Shown here piece after piece: positions 13,467 to 21,544 of a DNA stretch of 24,000 nt (within the stretch, counting starts at the first letter, position 1; every line of letters begins with the position of its first letter). The translations under genes and the position numbers were made by a program. This DNA is from Ilumatobacteraceae bacterium (GTDB lineage Bacteria > Actinomycetota > Acidimicrobiia > Acidimicrobiales > Ilumatobacteraceae), in contig JAWKHX010000010.1 in assembly GCA_041394605.1 (NCBI GenBank), positions 86,223-110,222 on the forward strand, given 5' to 3'. The notes under the pieces were generated by a model. The model was not told where the DNA came from, ran no database searches, and saw nothing but the letters and a program-made list of their open reading frames with translations.

Positions 13467-14591
13467 GTGTCAGACAGCGTTGTCATCACCGGAACAGGGT
13501 TGTTCACCCCGCCCCACTCGATCTCCAACGAGGAACTGGTGGCCTCGCTGGCCGTGGCGGCCACCCGGTTCAACGAGGAACACGCCGACCAGATCGCTGT
13601 CGGTTCTGTGGAGGCGAGGGCCATCCCGGACGCCGAGTTCATCGAGAAGGCCTCGGGCATCCGCAGCCGCTACGTGATGGAGAAGGACGGTGTGCTGGAC
13701 CCCGATCGCCTGCGGCCGCACCTGCCCACGCGCAGCGAGGACGAGTTGAGCCTGATGGCGGAGATGGCCCTGCCCGCCATCGCGGAAGCCCTGGCGCAGG
13801 CCGGCCGGAGAGGCGACGAGGTGGACTGCATCATCGTGGGCGCGTCCAACATCCAGCGCGCCTACCCGGCGGTGGCCATCGAGATCCAGCACGCCATCGG
13901 CGCCGGTGGGTGGGCCTACGACATGAACGTGGCCTGCTCGTCGGCCACGTTCAGCATGCAGGCGGCGGTGGACGCGCTGCGCAACGGCTCCGCCCGCTGC
14001 GCGCTGGTGATCAACCCGGAGATCACCAGCGCCCACAACAACTTCGCGCTGCGCGACCACCACTTCATCTTCGGCGACGCCTGCACGGTGGCGGTGCTCG
14101 AACGGGCGGACGACGCCGTGGCGGCCGAGCAGTGGGAGGTCCTGCGCACCCGGCTGGAGACCAAGTTCTCCAACAGCATTCGCAACGACTTCGGCTTCCT
14201 GAACCCGTGCGAGGTCGACGCCCGCGATCCGTTCGAGTTGGTGTTCCGCCAGCGTGGCCAGCAGGTGTTCAAGGAGGTCGTGCCGCTGGTGGTGCGCCAC
14301 ATCGAGGAACAACTCGGTGCGCTGTCGCTGGAGGCCGCGGCCATCCGTCGCTTCTGGCTGCACCAGGCCAACCTGAAGATGAACCAGCTCATCGCCAAGC
14401 AGGTGCTCGGCCGGCTGCCCGACGAGACCGAGGCGCCGGTGATCCTCGACCGCTACGCCAACACCTCGTCGGCCGGTTCGGTGATCGCCTTCCACCTGCA
14501 CCGCGACGGGCTCGCCGCCGGCGACCTCGGGGTGCTGTGCAGCTTCGGCGCCGGCTACTCGATCGGCAGCTTGGTGGTCCGCAAGCGCTGA
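13467..14591 (+). CDS. beta-ketoacyl-ACP synthase III family (FabH-like, long ~370-aa subtype) condensing enzyme (374 aa)
   Basis: GTG start. Cys-His-Asn triad contexts: DMNVACSSATF, FWLHQANLKMN, DRYANTSSAGS. The N-terminus VVITGTGLFTPPHSISNEELV is typical of KAS III. Confidence 0.88.
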   Translation: MSDSVVITGTGLFTPPHSISNEELVASLAVAATRFNEEHADQIAVGSVEARAIPDAEFIEKASGIRSRYVMEKDGVLDPDRLRPHLPTRSEDELSLMAEMALPAIAEALAQAGRRGDEVDCIIVGASNIQRAYPAVAIEIQHAIGAGGWAYDMNVACSSATFSMQAAVDALRNGSARCALVINPEITSAHNNFALRDHHFIFGDACTVAVLERADDAVAAEQWEVLRTRLETKFSNSIRNDFGFLNPCEVDARDPFELVFRQRGQQVFKEVVPLVVRHIEEQLGALSLEAAAIRRFWLHQANLKMNQLIAKQVLGRLPDETEAPVILDRYANTSSAGSVIAFHLHRDGLAAGDLGVLCSFGAGYSIGSLVVRKR

Positions 14592-14624
14592 CCCCTCGAC
14601 CCGGGCGCCAACTACAGTTCTGCG

Positions 14625-15302
14625 ATGCACCGCACACCTCTCGCCGCCATCGTCCCTGGCCTGCTCGCCGGCGTACTCGTGCTGGCCTCGTGTGGCGGCG
14701 ATGGTGCTGCCAAGAACACCTCGGTGCCGGTAGCGCCCACCACCACGGCGGCCTCGCCCACGGCGGCGCCCACCACCGCAGCACCGGCCGCGATGGACCT
14801 CGCCGCGGCAGCGACGGCAGCCCAGGCGGCCATCGACCTCGGCGACGGGTTGCCGGCATGCCCGTGGGACATGGGCCAGGTCATCACCGCCGTGGCGGAC
14901 GTGGCGCCGCTGGTGCCGGAACTTGCCGACGACGTGGACAACTACGGGCAGGTGTTCCGCGGCGGGGAGGTGGACATCACCTACTGCGAGGAGTACGCGT
15001 CGTCCGACGCCACCACCGGCATCGACGAGTTCCGGATCGACGTCCACCCGGGGACGGCCGACCTGCCGACATACCTGGACGAAGAGTTCGGCGCCGAGGT
15101 CCAACCCATGGCCCCCACGGAGGTCCACGGCGGTGAATTGCGGTCATGGTGCCTGGAGGAACAGCGCTGCCTGGCGGTGTGGCAGGGCGACGGCCTGTTC
15201 GTCGCGCTCGTGACGGTGACGATCGATGCCGGTGTCGCCGCCGATGCGGCGGTGGCCCTGACCGTGGCCCTACCCCTGGTGGTGGACGGGCTGGCCGCCT
15301 GA
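14625..15302 (+). CDS. putative secreted lipoprotein (225 aa)
   Basis: Signal peptide MHRTPLAAIVPGLLAGVLVLAS|CGG with lipobox L-A-S-C (Cys23). Next comes an Ala/Pro/Thr-rich linker, then a globular part with four Cys. High GC3. Confidence 0.75.
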   Translation: MHRTPLAAIVPGLLAGVLVLASCGGDGAAKNTSVPVAPTTTAASPTAAPTTAAPAAMDLAAAATAAQAAIDLGDGLPACPWDMGQVITAVADVAPLVPELADDVDNYGQVFRGGEVDITYCEEYASSDATTGIDEFRIDVHPGTADLPTYLDEEFGAEVQPMAPTEVHGGELRSWCLEEQRCLAVWQGDGLFVALVTVTIDAGVAADAAVALTVALPLVVDGLAA

Positions 15303-15312
15303 CGGCAGTGGC

Positions 15313-17712
15313 TCAGCCGAGGCGCACTGCGCTGGCGGGAGCGAGCGGACCGTGCAGCGCAGCCATCAGGTCCGCCGCGGCGCGTTGGAGGGACAGTTCC
15401 TCGAGCACATGGCTCTGCCCGCGGCCGCCCCTGGCCACGGCCTCGGCCGGGTCGTCCACCACGTGGCGCATGTAGGCGGCAGCGACCTCCACATCGGGCT
15501 GGGCCCACTCGGCCGTCGGTTCGTAGGGCGCGTTGCCGTCGCCCACGGGCACCAACCTCCACGGCACGAGGTAGGTCGTGGTGTCCGTGCAGAACCGCAT
15601 GTTGCCGGAGTACCCGGTGACGATCACCGGCGTGCCGACCGACATGGCGTCGGCGATCTGCATGCCGAAGCCCTCGCTGCGATGGAGTGACACGAAGCAG
15701 TCGCAGAGCTCGAGTAGCGCCTGCAACTCGCCGGCGTCCCACGTGGCGTCCACCACGTGCAGGTCGGGCCGAAGGGCGGCGAACCGGCGCAGCCGCTCGA
15801 GGGCCAACGGATGGCGATGGCCGTTCATCGTCTTCACCACCAGGTGGGCCTCGCCCGGATCGGGGAAGGCGCGCCCGAACGCGTCGATGACGTCCCACGG
15901 GTTCTTGCGGGCCACCACCGAGTTGAGATCCAGGCTCGTGGCGAACAGGAACCCGCCGGGCAGGCCGAGCAGTTCCCGCGTGTACGGCGTGCGTGCCGCC
16001 GGCGGCAGGACGGGGAGTGTGACGACGTGCACGGGGATGTCGGGGTCCAGGCTGCGGACGGCGGCGGCGGTGAACTCGCTGGTGACCCACACCTGCTCCA
16101 GGTTGCGCAGGGCGCCGGCGAACTCCTCGGGCATGGTGGCGAGTTCCCAGAACCACAGGCCCACGCGGCGGGCGTCCTGTCGGCTGCGGTGGTAGTGCTC
16201 CAGCCGCGCCAGTGTGTGCGGCAGCATGTCGGCGTTCACGCAGTAGACGGAGTCGCGGTACCGCAACTGGGTACCCGCCTCGGCGCCGCTGCGGTGGTTG
16301 CTGCGGGTGGCCTCTGCGGTCACCCGCACCAGTTCCGCCGGCAGCCCGGTGAGCGTCATCGCGGCGAACAGCCGGCGGCCGGCCTCGCCCACCCCGTGCT
16401 CCGCGGCCGCGTAGGCGACGACGTTCCAGCCGCCCATTTCGCGCCTGGTGGCCGGTGGCGGCGCCGCGGGCGCCGGGGCCGGTGCCAACCTCGCAGCGGT
16501 GCGTGCGCGCAGTGCCGGGCCGAACTCGCCGAGCCATCGCTGGTAGTTGACCGCGTCGTCGAGGTCCAGCCGGGGGAAGTGCTGCTGGATCCCCGGCTCG
16601 GACTCCCAGTAGGCCAGCGCCCAACGCCCCATCGGCACACCGAAGACGCCCGGTGCGGGCCCGTCCAGCCAGGCGGCGAACCCACCTGCCGGGTCGTAGG
16701 CATCAGGTGGCGGCACGTCCTCGCCGCGCTCGGCCAGCGCGACGGCGCGGCGGATGGCCGAGCGGATGACGTGATCCAGCCGGATGCCTTCGGCCGTGAC
16801 CGCCCAGCCGTACGGAGGCCCGTCAGCGCCCCATCCGTGCCGCATCAGCGCAGCCCCGTAGGCGTCGCACTCGGCTGCCAGGACAGGGTGGTCCGACAGC
16901 CGCACTCGCGGGTTCACCCCGGCGTGCACGGACAGTTGCCACGGCCGTTCTGGCGAGTAGCCGCTGAGGTGCAGGGCGCGCAGCGGCGAGTCGCCGGCGT
17001 GCAGCACACCGCCGCGTCGGCTCAGGGGCCGCTCGTGCAGGTTCCAGTAGGCCGCGTTCACACCGGGGTCGCGGATGACGGCCGGCCGGTACAGGGCAGG
17101 CGCCCAGTCGATCCACCGTTGGTCGGTGAACAGGGCGCGGGGGAGGTCCACGACCGCTTCGGTCCGCAGGCGCTCGTGCCACCAATCCAGGAACGGCCGT
17201 GCCTTGCCGCTCACGGCGATCATCCCCAGGTTGAAGATGCCGGAGTGACGGATCCGATCCTCCGCGGGTTCCAGCCCGTCGCGAGGGAACGGCTGCAGCG
17301 TGTGCGGCGTGAGCGCGATGCCGTCGGCGGCCGCTGCGGCGAACACGTCGTCCAACGCGTCGTAGAGCACGATGTCCGGGTCCAGATACAACGCCGTGCT
17401 CGCGCCGTCCAGCAGGCGCTGGAGGAAGGCCGCCTTGAGGGCGGTGGAGAGTTCCAGCACCGAGTAGGTCACCGCCATGCGGTGCAGGTCGTCCCGGCTG
17501 ATGGGCAACTGGTCGGCGGTGATGACCTCGCCGGGGATCGGCGGCAGCGGCGCGCCCGCCTCGGCGTCGATCAGCAGGGTGACGAATCGGCGACCGGGGT
17601 GGTGCTCCAGGTAGGTGGTGGCCAGCACCGTGGCCTGGGCGGCGTAGTTGCGGGCGATGATCGTGCCGGCAACGGTGGACTCTGCATGCGGTGTGTCTGC
17701 GCCGCCGCTCAC
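15313..17712 (-). CDS. two-domain glycosyltransferase: N-terminal GT-A (GT8-like) + C-terminal GT-B (GT4-like) (799 aa)
   Basis: ORF 15313..17889 trimmed to GTG 17712, which overlaps the upstream stop 17711..17709 (GTGA). N-domain: TIIARNYAAQATVLATTYLEHHP and a DxD-type ALYLDPDIVLYD. C-domain: FVSLHRSEGFGMQIADAMSVGTPVIVTGYSGN (GT4 E-G-F-G signature). Confidence 0.8.
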   Translation of the reverse strand: MSGGADTPHAESTVAGTIIARNYAAQATVLATTYLEHHPGRRFVTLLIDAEAGAPLPPIPGEVITADQLPISRDDLHRMAVTYSVLELSTALKAAFLQRLLDGASTALYLDPDIVLYDALDDVFAAAAADGIALTPHTLQPFPRDGLEPAEDRIRHSGIFNLGMIAVSGKARPFLDWWHERLRTEAVVDLPRALFTDQRWIDWAPALYRPAVIRDPGVNAAYWNLHERPLSRRGGVLHAGDSPLRALHLSGYSPERPWQLSVHAGVNPRVRLSDHPVLAAECDAYGAALMRHGWGADGPPYGWAVTAEGIRLDHVIRSAIRRAVALAERGEDVPPPDAYDPAGGFAAWLDGPAPGVFGVPMGRWALAYWESEPGIQQHFPRLDLDDAVNYQRWLGEFGPALRARTAARLAPAPAPAAPPPATRREMGGWNVVAYAAAEHGVGEAGRRLFAAMTLTGLPAELVRVTAEATRSNHRSGAEAGTQLRYRDSVYCVNADMLPHTLARLEHYHRSRQDARRVGLWFWELATMPEEFAGALRNLEQVWVTSEFTAAAVRSLDPDIPVHVVTLPVLPPAARTPYTRELLGLPGGFLFATSLDLNSVVARKNPWDVIDAFGRAFPDPGEAHLVVKTMNGHRHPLALERLRRFAALRPDLHVVDATWDAGELQALLELCDCFVSLHRSEGFGMQIADAMSVGTPVIVTGYSGNMRFCTDTTTYLVPWRLVPVGDGNAPYEPTAEWAQPDVEVAAAYMRHVVDDPAEAVARGGRGQSHVLEELSLQRAAADLMAALHGPLAPASAVRLG

Positions 17713-18071
17713 CCGCCGCCCCCCGTGCCGGCGGCCGCGGCGCCACGCCGGACGAGTCGCCGGATGCGTCCCCACACGCGGCGCGGCAGGCGGCTCCAGC
17801 GCCAGGTTCGGGTGGCCGCCATCTCGTCGGCCAGCGCGGCGCGGGCACGCAGCGCCTCCACCTCCTCGTGGTCCGTCCCTCGTTCGCATTGGGCGAGCAG
17901 CACCGCGTTCAGCGCCTGCGCTGCCGCCAGCGCCGCCTTGGCGCGGCCCTCCGCAGCCTGCGCGTCCTGCAGGGCGGCGCTGAGTTCGGCGACGCGCCGA
18001 ACCACAGGGTCGGCCACCCCGTCAGGGTCGGCCGGCCGGTGGCCCAGTGGGTGGTCGTCGGATTCCGCCAC
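17709..18071 (-). CDS. small coiled-coil protein with Trp/Arg-rich C-terminal motif (120 aa), translationally coupled to the glycosyltransferase
   Basis: High GC3 throughout. Ala/Gln/Glu-rich heptad-like segment VAELSAALQDAQAAEGRAKAALAAAQALNAVLLAQ, then TRTWRWSRLPRRVWGRIRRLV. The start (GTG 18071) is uncertain and no strong RBS is visible. Confidence 0.45.
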   Translation of the reverse strand: MAESDDHPLGHRPADPDGVADPVVRRVAELSAALQDAQAAEGRAKAALAAAQALNAVLLAQCERGTDHEEVEALRARAALADEMAATRTWRWSRLPRRVWGRIRRLVRRGAAAAGTGGGG

Positions 18072-18230
18072 GCCGGTCAGGGTAGCAATCCCGTTCCGGG
18101 GCGTGGCCGTCTGGTCATGCGCCCGTCACGTGCAGTACTGGTCGTACCGTCGGGAATCAACGGTCCGCCGGCGGATGACCTCGGCCCGGTTCTTCCACGT
18201 GGCATCGTGCCAGCACCTCGGCGGCGACGC

Positions 18231-20711
18231 TCAGGCGCGGATGCGGGCGTTGGTGGGGTCGTAGAGGGGCTTCAGCGAGACACCGACCGGGTATTCCGCG
18301 CCGTTGATCTCGGCGGTCCACGAACCGTCGGCCAGCCAGGCGGCGGTGGCCTCGCCGTGGCCGGCGGACACCATGGCAAGGCCGACGGCACCGCCGACGG
18401 TGTGGCCGTACGAACCGGCACGCACGTACCCGACCTGCACGCCGTCGCGGCGCAGCACCTCGGCGTGGTACAGCAACGGCTGGGGGTCCTGCACCTGCAC
18501 GCTCACCAGGCGTTGCCGCCGGGGCATCCGCCGCCGCTCGGCCAGCGCCGCCAGGCCGTTGAACCCGCCCGGCTTGTCCCAGGCAACGGCGAAGCCGAAC
18601 CCGGCGTCCAGCGGGCAGTCGGTGTTGTCGATGTCGTGGCCGTAGTCGCGGTACCCCTTCTCCATCCGCAGGCTGGCCAGCGCCTTCAGCCCGGCATGGC
18701 GCAGCCCGAACGCCGCGCCGGCCTCCGCCAGCGTGTCGTGCACGTGCAACGCCTGCTCGGCGGGCACGTACAGCTCGTAGCCGAGCTCGCCGAGGTAGGT
18801 GATCCGCACGCAGAGCACGCGGGCGTAGCCGAGGTCGATCTGGCGCGCCGTGCGGAACGGGAAGGCGTCGTTGGACAGGTCCACGGACGTGAGCGACTGC
18901 AGCAGCTCGCGCGAGCGCGGCCCCTGCACGCTGATCTGCGCCAGCCCGGCGGTGACGTCGGTGGTGAACGCATGGCCGGCGGTGGCGCAGGCCCGCACCA
19001 GCTGGGATTCCACATGGCGGTGTGCCGTGTCCGTGGCCACGACCATGAACGATTCGTCGCTCAGCTTGGTGACCGTGAGGTCGGCCTCCAGCAGGCCCCG
19101 GTCGTTCAGCCATTGGGTGTAGGTGATGGTGCCCGGCTCGCCGTCGACGGCGTTCGCGGAGAGCCGGTCCAGCACGGTGCCGGCGTCGCGCCCCTGCACC
19201 CGGAACTTGGACATGAAGCTCATGTCCATGAGGATCACGCCCTCCCGGCAGGCGCGGTGCTCGGCCTCCCAGGTGGCCCACCACGATGGGCGGTCCCAGG
19301 TGAGCGGGCCGGGGTCCGGCGTCGTGCCGGGGCCGGCGAACCAGTCGGCGCCCTCCCACCCGCTGACGTCGCGGAAGTACGCGCCCTGCTCCACCAGGCG
19401 CTGGTGCAGCGGCGACACCTTGGCCCCGCGGGCCGTGTGCAGGGCCTTGTTGGGGTAGTGGCACTGGTACACCATGCCCAGCGACTCCACCGTGCGGGTG
19501 CGCCGGTACGACGGGGTGGTCTGGTACGGCTGCAGGCGGGCCGGGTGCATGCCGGTGACGTCGGCGCCCGGGTCGCCGTCCACGATCCAGTGGGCCACCA
19601 GCCGGCCGAGCCCGCCGCCAGTGAGGATGCCGATGGAGTTCAGCCCGGCGGCCACGAAGTAGTTGCCCACCTCCGGCGCCGGGCCGATGATCGGCCGCAG
19701 GTCGGGGGTGAAGCTCTCCGGCCCACAGAAGAAGGTGCGGATGCCGGTGTCGATGGACACTGGCACCCGGCTCATCGCCGCCTCCACGTACGGGCCCATG
19801 CGATCCCAGTCTGGCTCGATGGTGGTGAACGACGAGTCGCGCGGGATTCCCTCCACCTTCCACGGCGCGCATACGGGTTCGAACAGGCCGATCATCAGCC
19901 CGCCGACCTCTTCGCGGTAGTACCCGTAGTTGGCGGGGTCCTCGATGACCGGCCAGGACGGGTCCAGCCCCTCCATGTGCTCGGTGATGAGGTAGTAGTG
20001 CTCCGCGGCCTGAAGGGGGATGGCCACGCCGGAGCGGGCGCCGAGTTGGCGGGCCCACATGCCGGCCGCGTTCACCACGTACTCGCACTCGATGGTGCCG
20101 TGGTCGGTGACGACGGAGTGCACTCGCCCGTCGCGGACCACGACGTCCTCCACCGTCACGCCCTGGGCGATGGTCACGCCCTGGTTGCGGGCCCCGCGGG
20201 CCATGGACATGGTGGCGTCCACCGGGTTCACTCGGCCGTCGCCGGCGACGTAGAAGCCGGCCAGCAGGTCGTCCGTGCGGGCCAGCGGGAACATGCCGGC
20301 GACCTCGGACGGCGACAGTTCCTGCACGTCCACGCCGAGGTGGCGGTTGAAGGTGGACACCCGGCGGTACTCCTCCAGCCGCCCCTCGTCGGCGGCCAAC
20401 TCGATGAACCCGACCGGCTTGAACCCGGTGGCCAGCCCGGTCTCGGCCTCCAGCCGGCTGTACAGGTCTCGGGTGTACGTGCGCAGTTCGGTGGACGTCT
20501 GTGAAGTGGACCCGAACGTGACCATCAGCCCGGCGGCGTGCCAGGTGGTGCCCGAGGTGACCTGGTCGCGCTCCACCAGCACGGTGTCCGTCCAGCCGAG
20601 GTGGCCGAGGTGGTAGGCGATCGACGTGCCGATGATGCCGCCGCCGATGACGACGACGCGGGCACGCTGGGGCAGTGCGGAGCGGGCAGGGTTGGCGGTG
20701 CTGGCGAGCAT
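18231..20711 (-). CDS. FAD-dependent dimethylglycine/sarcosine dehydrogenase-oxidase family protein with C-terminal folate-binding GcvT (aminomethyltransferase) domain (826 aa)
   Basis: ORF 18231..20789 trimmed to ATG 20711, with GGAGGA 3 nt upstream; upstream codons have poor GC3. Motifs: dinucleotide fold RVVVIGGGIIGTS, TTWHAAGL (the His that carries covalent FAD in DMGDH/SARDH), GcvT-type ITYLGELGYELYVP and LRMEKGYRDYGHD. Confidence 0.9.
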   Translation of the reverse strand: MLASTANPARSALPQRARVVVIGGGIIGTSIAYHLGHLGWTDTVLVERDQVTSGTTWHAAGLMVTFGSTSQTSTELRTYTRDLYSRLEAETGLATGFKPVGFIELAADEGRLEEYRRVSTFNRHLGVDVQELSPSEVAGMFPLARTDDLLAGFYVAGDGRVNPVDATMSMARGARNQGVTIAQGVTVEDVVVRDGRVHSVVTDHGTIECEYVVNAAGMWARQLGARSGVAIPLQAAEHYYLITEHMEGLDPSWPVIEDPANYGYYREEVGGLMIGLFEPVCAPWKVEGIPRDSSFTTIEPDWDRMGPYVEAAMSRVPVSIDTGIRTFFCGPESFTPDLRPIIGPAPEVGNYFVAAGLNSIGILTGGGLGRLVAHWIVDGDPGADVTGMHPARLQPYQTTPSYRRTRTVESLGMVYQCHYPNKALHTARGAKVSPLHQRLVEQGAYFRDVSGWEGADWFAGPGTTPDPGPLTWDRPSWWATWEAEHRACREGVILMDMSFMSKFRVQGRDAGTVLDRLSANAVDGEPGTITYTQWLNDRGLLEADLTVTKLSDESFMVVATDTAHRHVESQLVRACATAGHAFTTDVTAGLAQISVQGPRSRELLQSLTSVDLSNDAFPFRTARQIDLGYARVLCVRITYLGELGYELYVPAEQALHVHDTLAEAGAAFGLRHAGLKALASLRMEKGYRDYGHDIDNTDCPLDAGFGFAVAWDKPGGFNGLAALAERRRMPRRQRLVSVQVQDPQPLLYHAEVLRRDGVQVGYVRAGSYGHTVGGAVGLAMVSAGHGEATAAWLADGSWTAEINGAEYPVGVSLKPLYDPTNARIRA

Positions 20712-20760
20712 GGTTCCTCCGGTCGGAGTGCCATTGAACCAGGTCGCTACGGTGCGCTCC

Positions 20761-21495
20761 ATGGACGCCCTCGAACTCGTGCACCACACCAGCGGACTGA
20801 TCGGCGCGGCCGGAGCCGCGTTCTACTTCGCCCCGGCCACCATCGCCCGTGGCCAGGAACTGGGGCTGGACCGGGTGCAGTTCTACGGCCTCGGTCGTGG
20901 CGGCGTGCTCGGCGACGTGGAGCCGGCGGTGGTGTCATCGGCGTTCGGCTACTTCAACCCGGCGATGATCGCCAACCTCTGGAACGCCGCGCGCGAGAAG
21001 TGCTCGCCGCGAGTCGCCGGCGCGGCGTACATGGAGTGCTGCGCGGAGCACGGCCGCGCCCGGTTCGCCGACGTGCCGGACCTGGAGTCCTTCGTGGCGG
21101 CAGGAGAGAAGGTGCTGGCGGCGTGCGAGGTGGAGGCCTTCCCGCTGTTCGCCGGTACCGCCGCCGAACCTGCCGCCCCGGATGCCGCCGGCCGGGCCAT
21201 GCAGATCCTCACCATCCTGCGCGAGTACCGCGGCTGCGCCCACCTGGTGGCGTTGAGGGCGATGGGCATCCCGTCGAAGGACGCCCACTTCGTGAAGCGG
21301 CCGGGTGACATCCGCATGTTCGGCTGGGCCGACGACGACGCCCCCACCATCGACGACGATCTGCGCGCCCGCATGGACGATGCCGAGGCCCTCACCGACC
21401 GGATGGTCGTGCCAGCTTTCGCGGTGCTGTCCGACGCCGAGCGGGAGGTGTTCGCCACCGGAGTGCGGGCACTGGCCGACGTCCTCGCCGCGTGA
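20761..21495 (+). CDS. conserved hypothetical protein (244 aa), family not assignable by eye
   Basis: ORF 20626..21495 trimmed to ATG 20761 (MDALELVHHTSGLIGAAGAAFYFAP). High GC3 throughout and no catalytic or DNA-binding motif that I recognise. Divergent from the DMGDH-like gene across a 49-bp gap. Confidence 0.7.
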   Translation: MDALELVHHTSGLIGAAGAAFYFAPATIARGQELGLDRVQFYGLGRGGVLGDVEPAVVSSAFGYFNPAMIANLWNAAREKCSPRVAGAAYMECCAEHGRARFADVPDLESFVAAGEKVLAACEVEAFPLFAGTAAEPAAPDAAGRAMQILTILREYRGCAHLVALRAMGIPSKDAHFVKRPGDIRMFGWADDDAPTIDDDLRARMDDAEALTDRMVVPAFAVLSDAEREVFATGVRALADVLAA

Positions 21496-21544
21496 CGGGG
21501 CGTGGTCCCCGCGCCGCGCACCGCGGGCGCGCCATGATGGCGGC

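Noticed and set aside
15305-15330. GCAGTG...CACTGC 6-bp stem at the convergent junction of the lipoprotein and glycosyltransferase genes, a possible bidirectional terminator
   Set aside because: The stem is short, the 14-nt loop is poorly structured and there is no U-tract. Most of it lies inside the glycosyltransferase coding sequence, so the evidence is too weak to call.
18072-18230. Promoter-like TTGATT and the palindromes CAGTACTG and CCGCCGGCGG between the DMGDH-like gene and the small coiled-coil ORF
   Set aside because: No TANNNT box lies at a sensible distance from TTGATT, and the palindromes are short. I cannot support a specific promoter or terminator call here.
20759-20764. CCATGG places an ATG on both strands (20761 plus, 20762 minus), suggesting the DMGDH-like gene could start at 20762 and overlap the divergent gene
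   Set aside because: Codons between 20762 and 20712 on the minus strand have poor third-position G/C (GTA, AAT, ACT, GGA). A GGAGGA sits just before ATG 20711, so I kept 20711 as the start.
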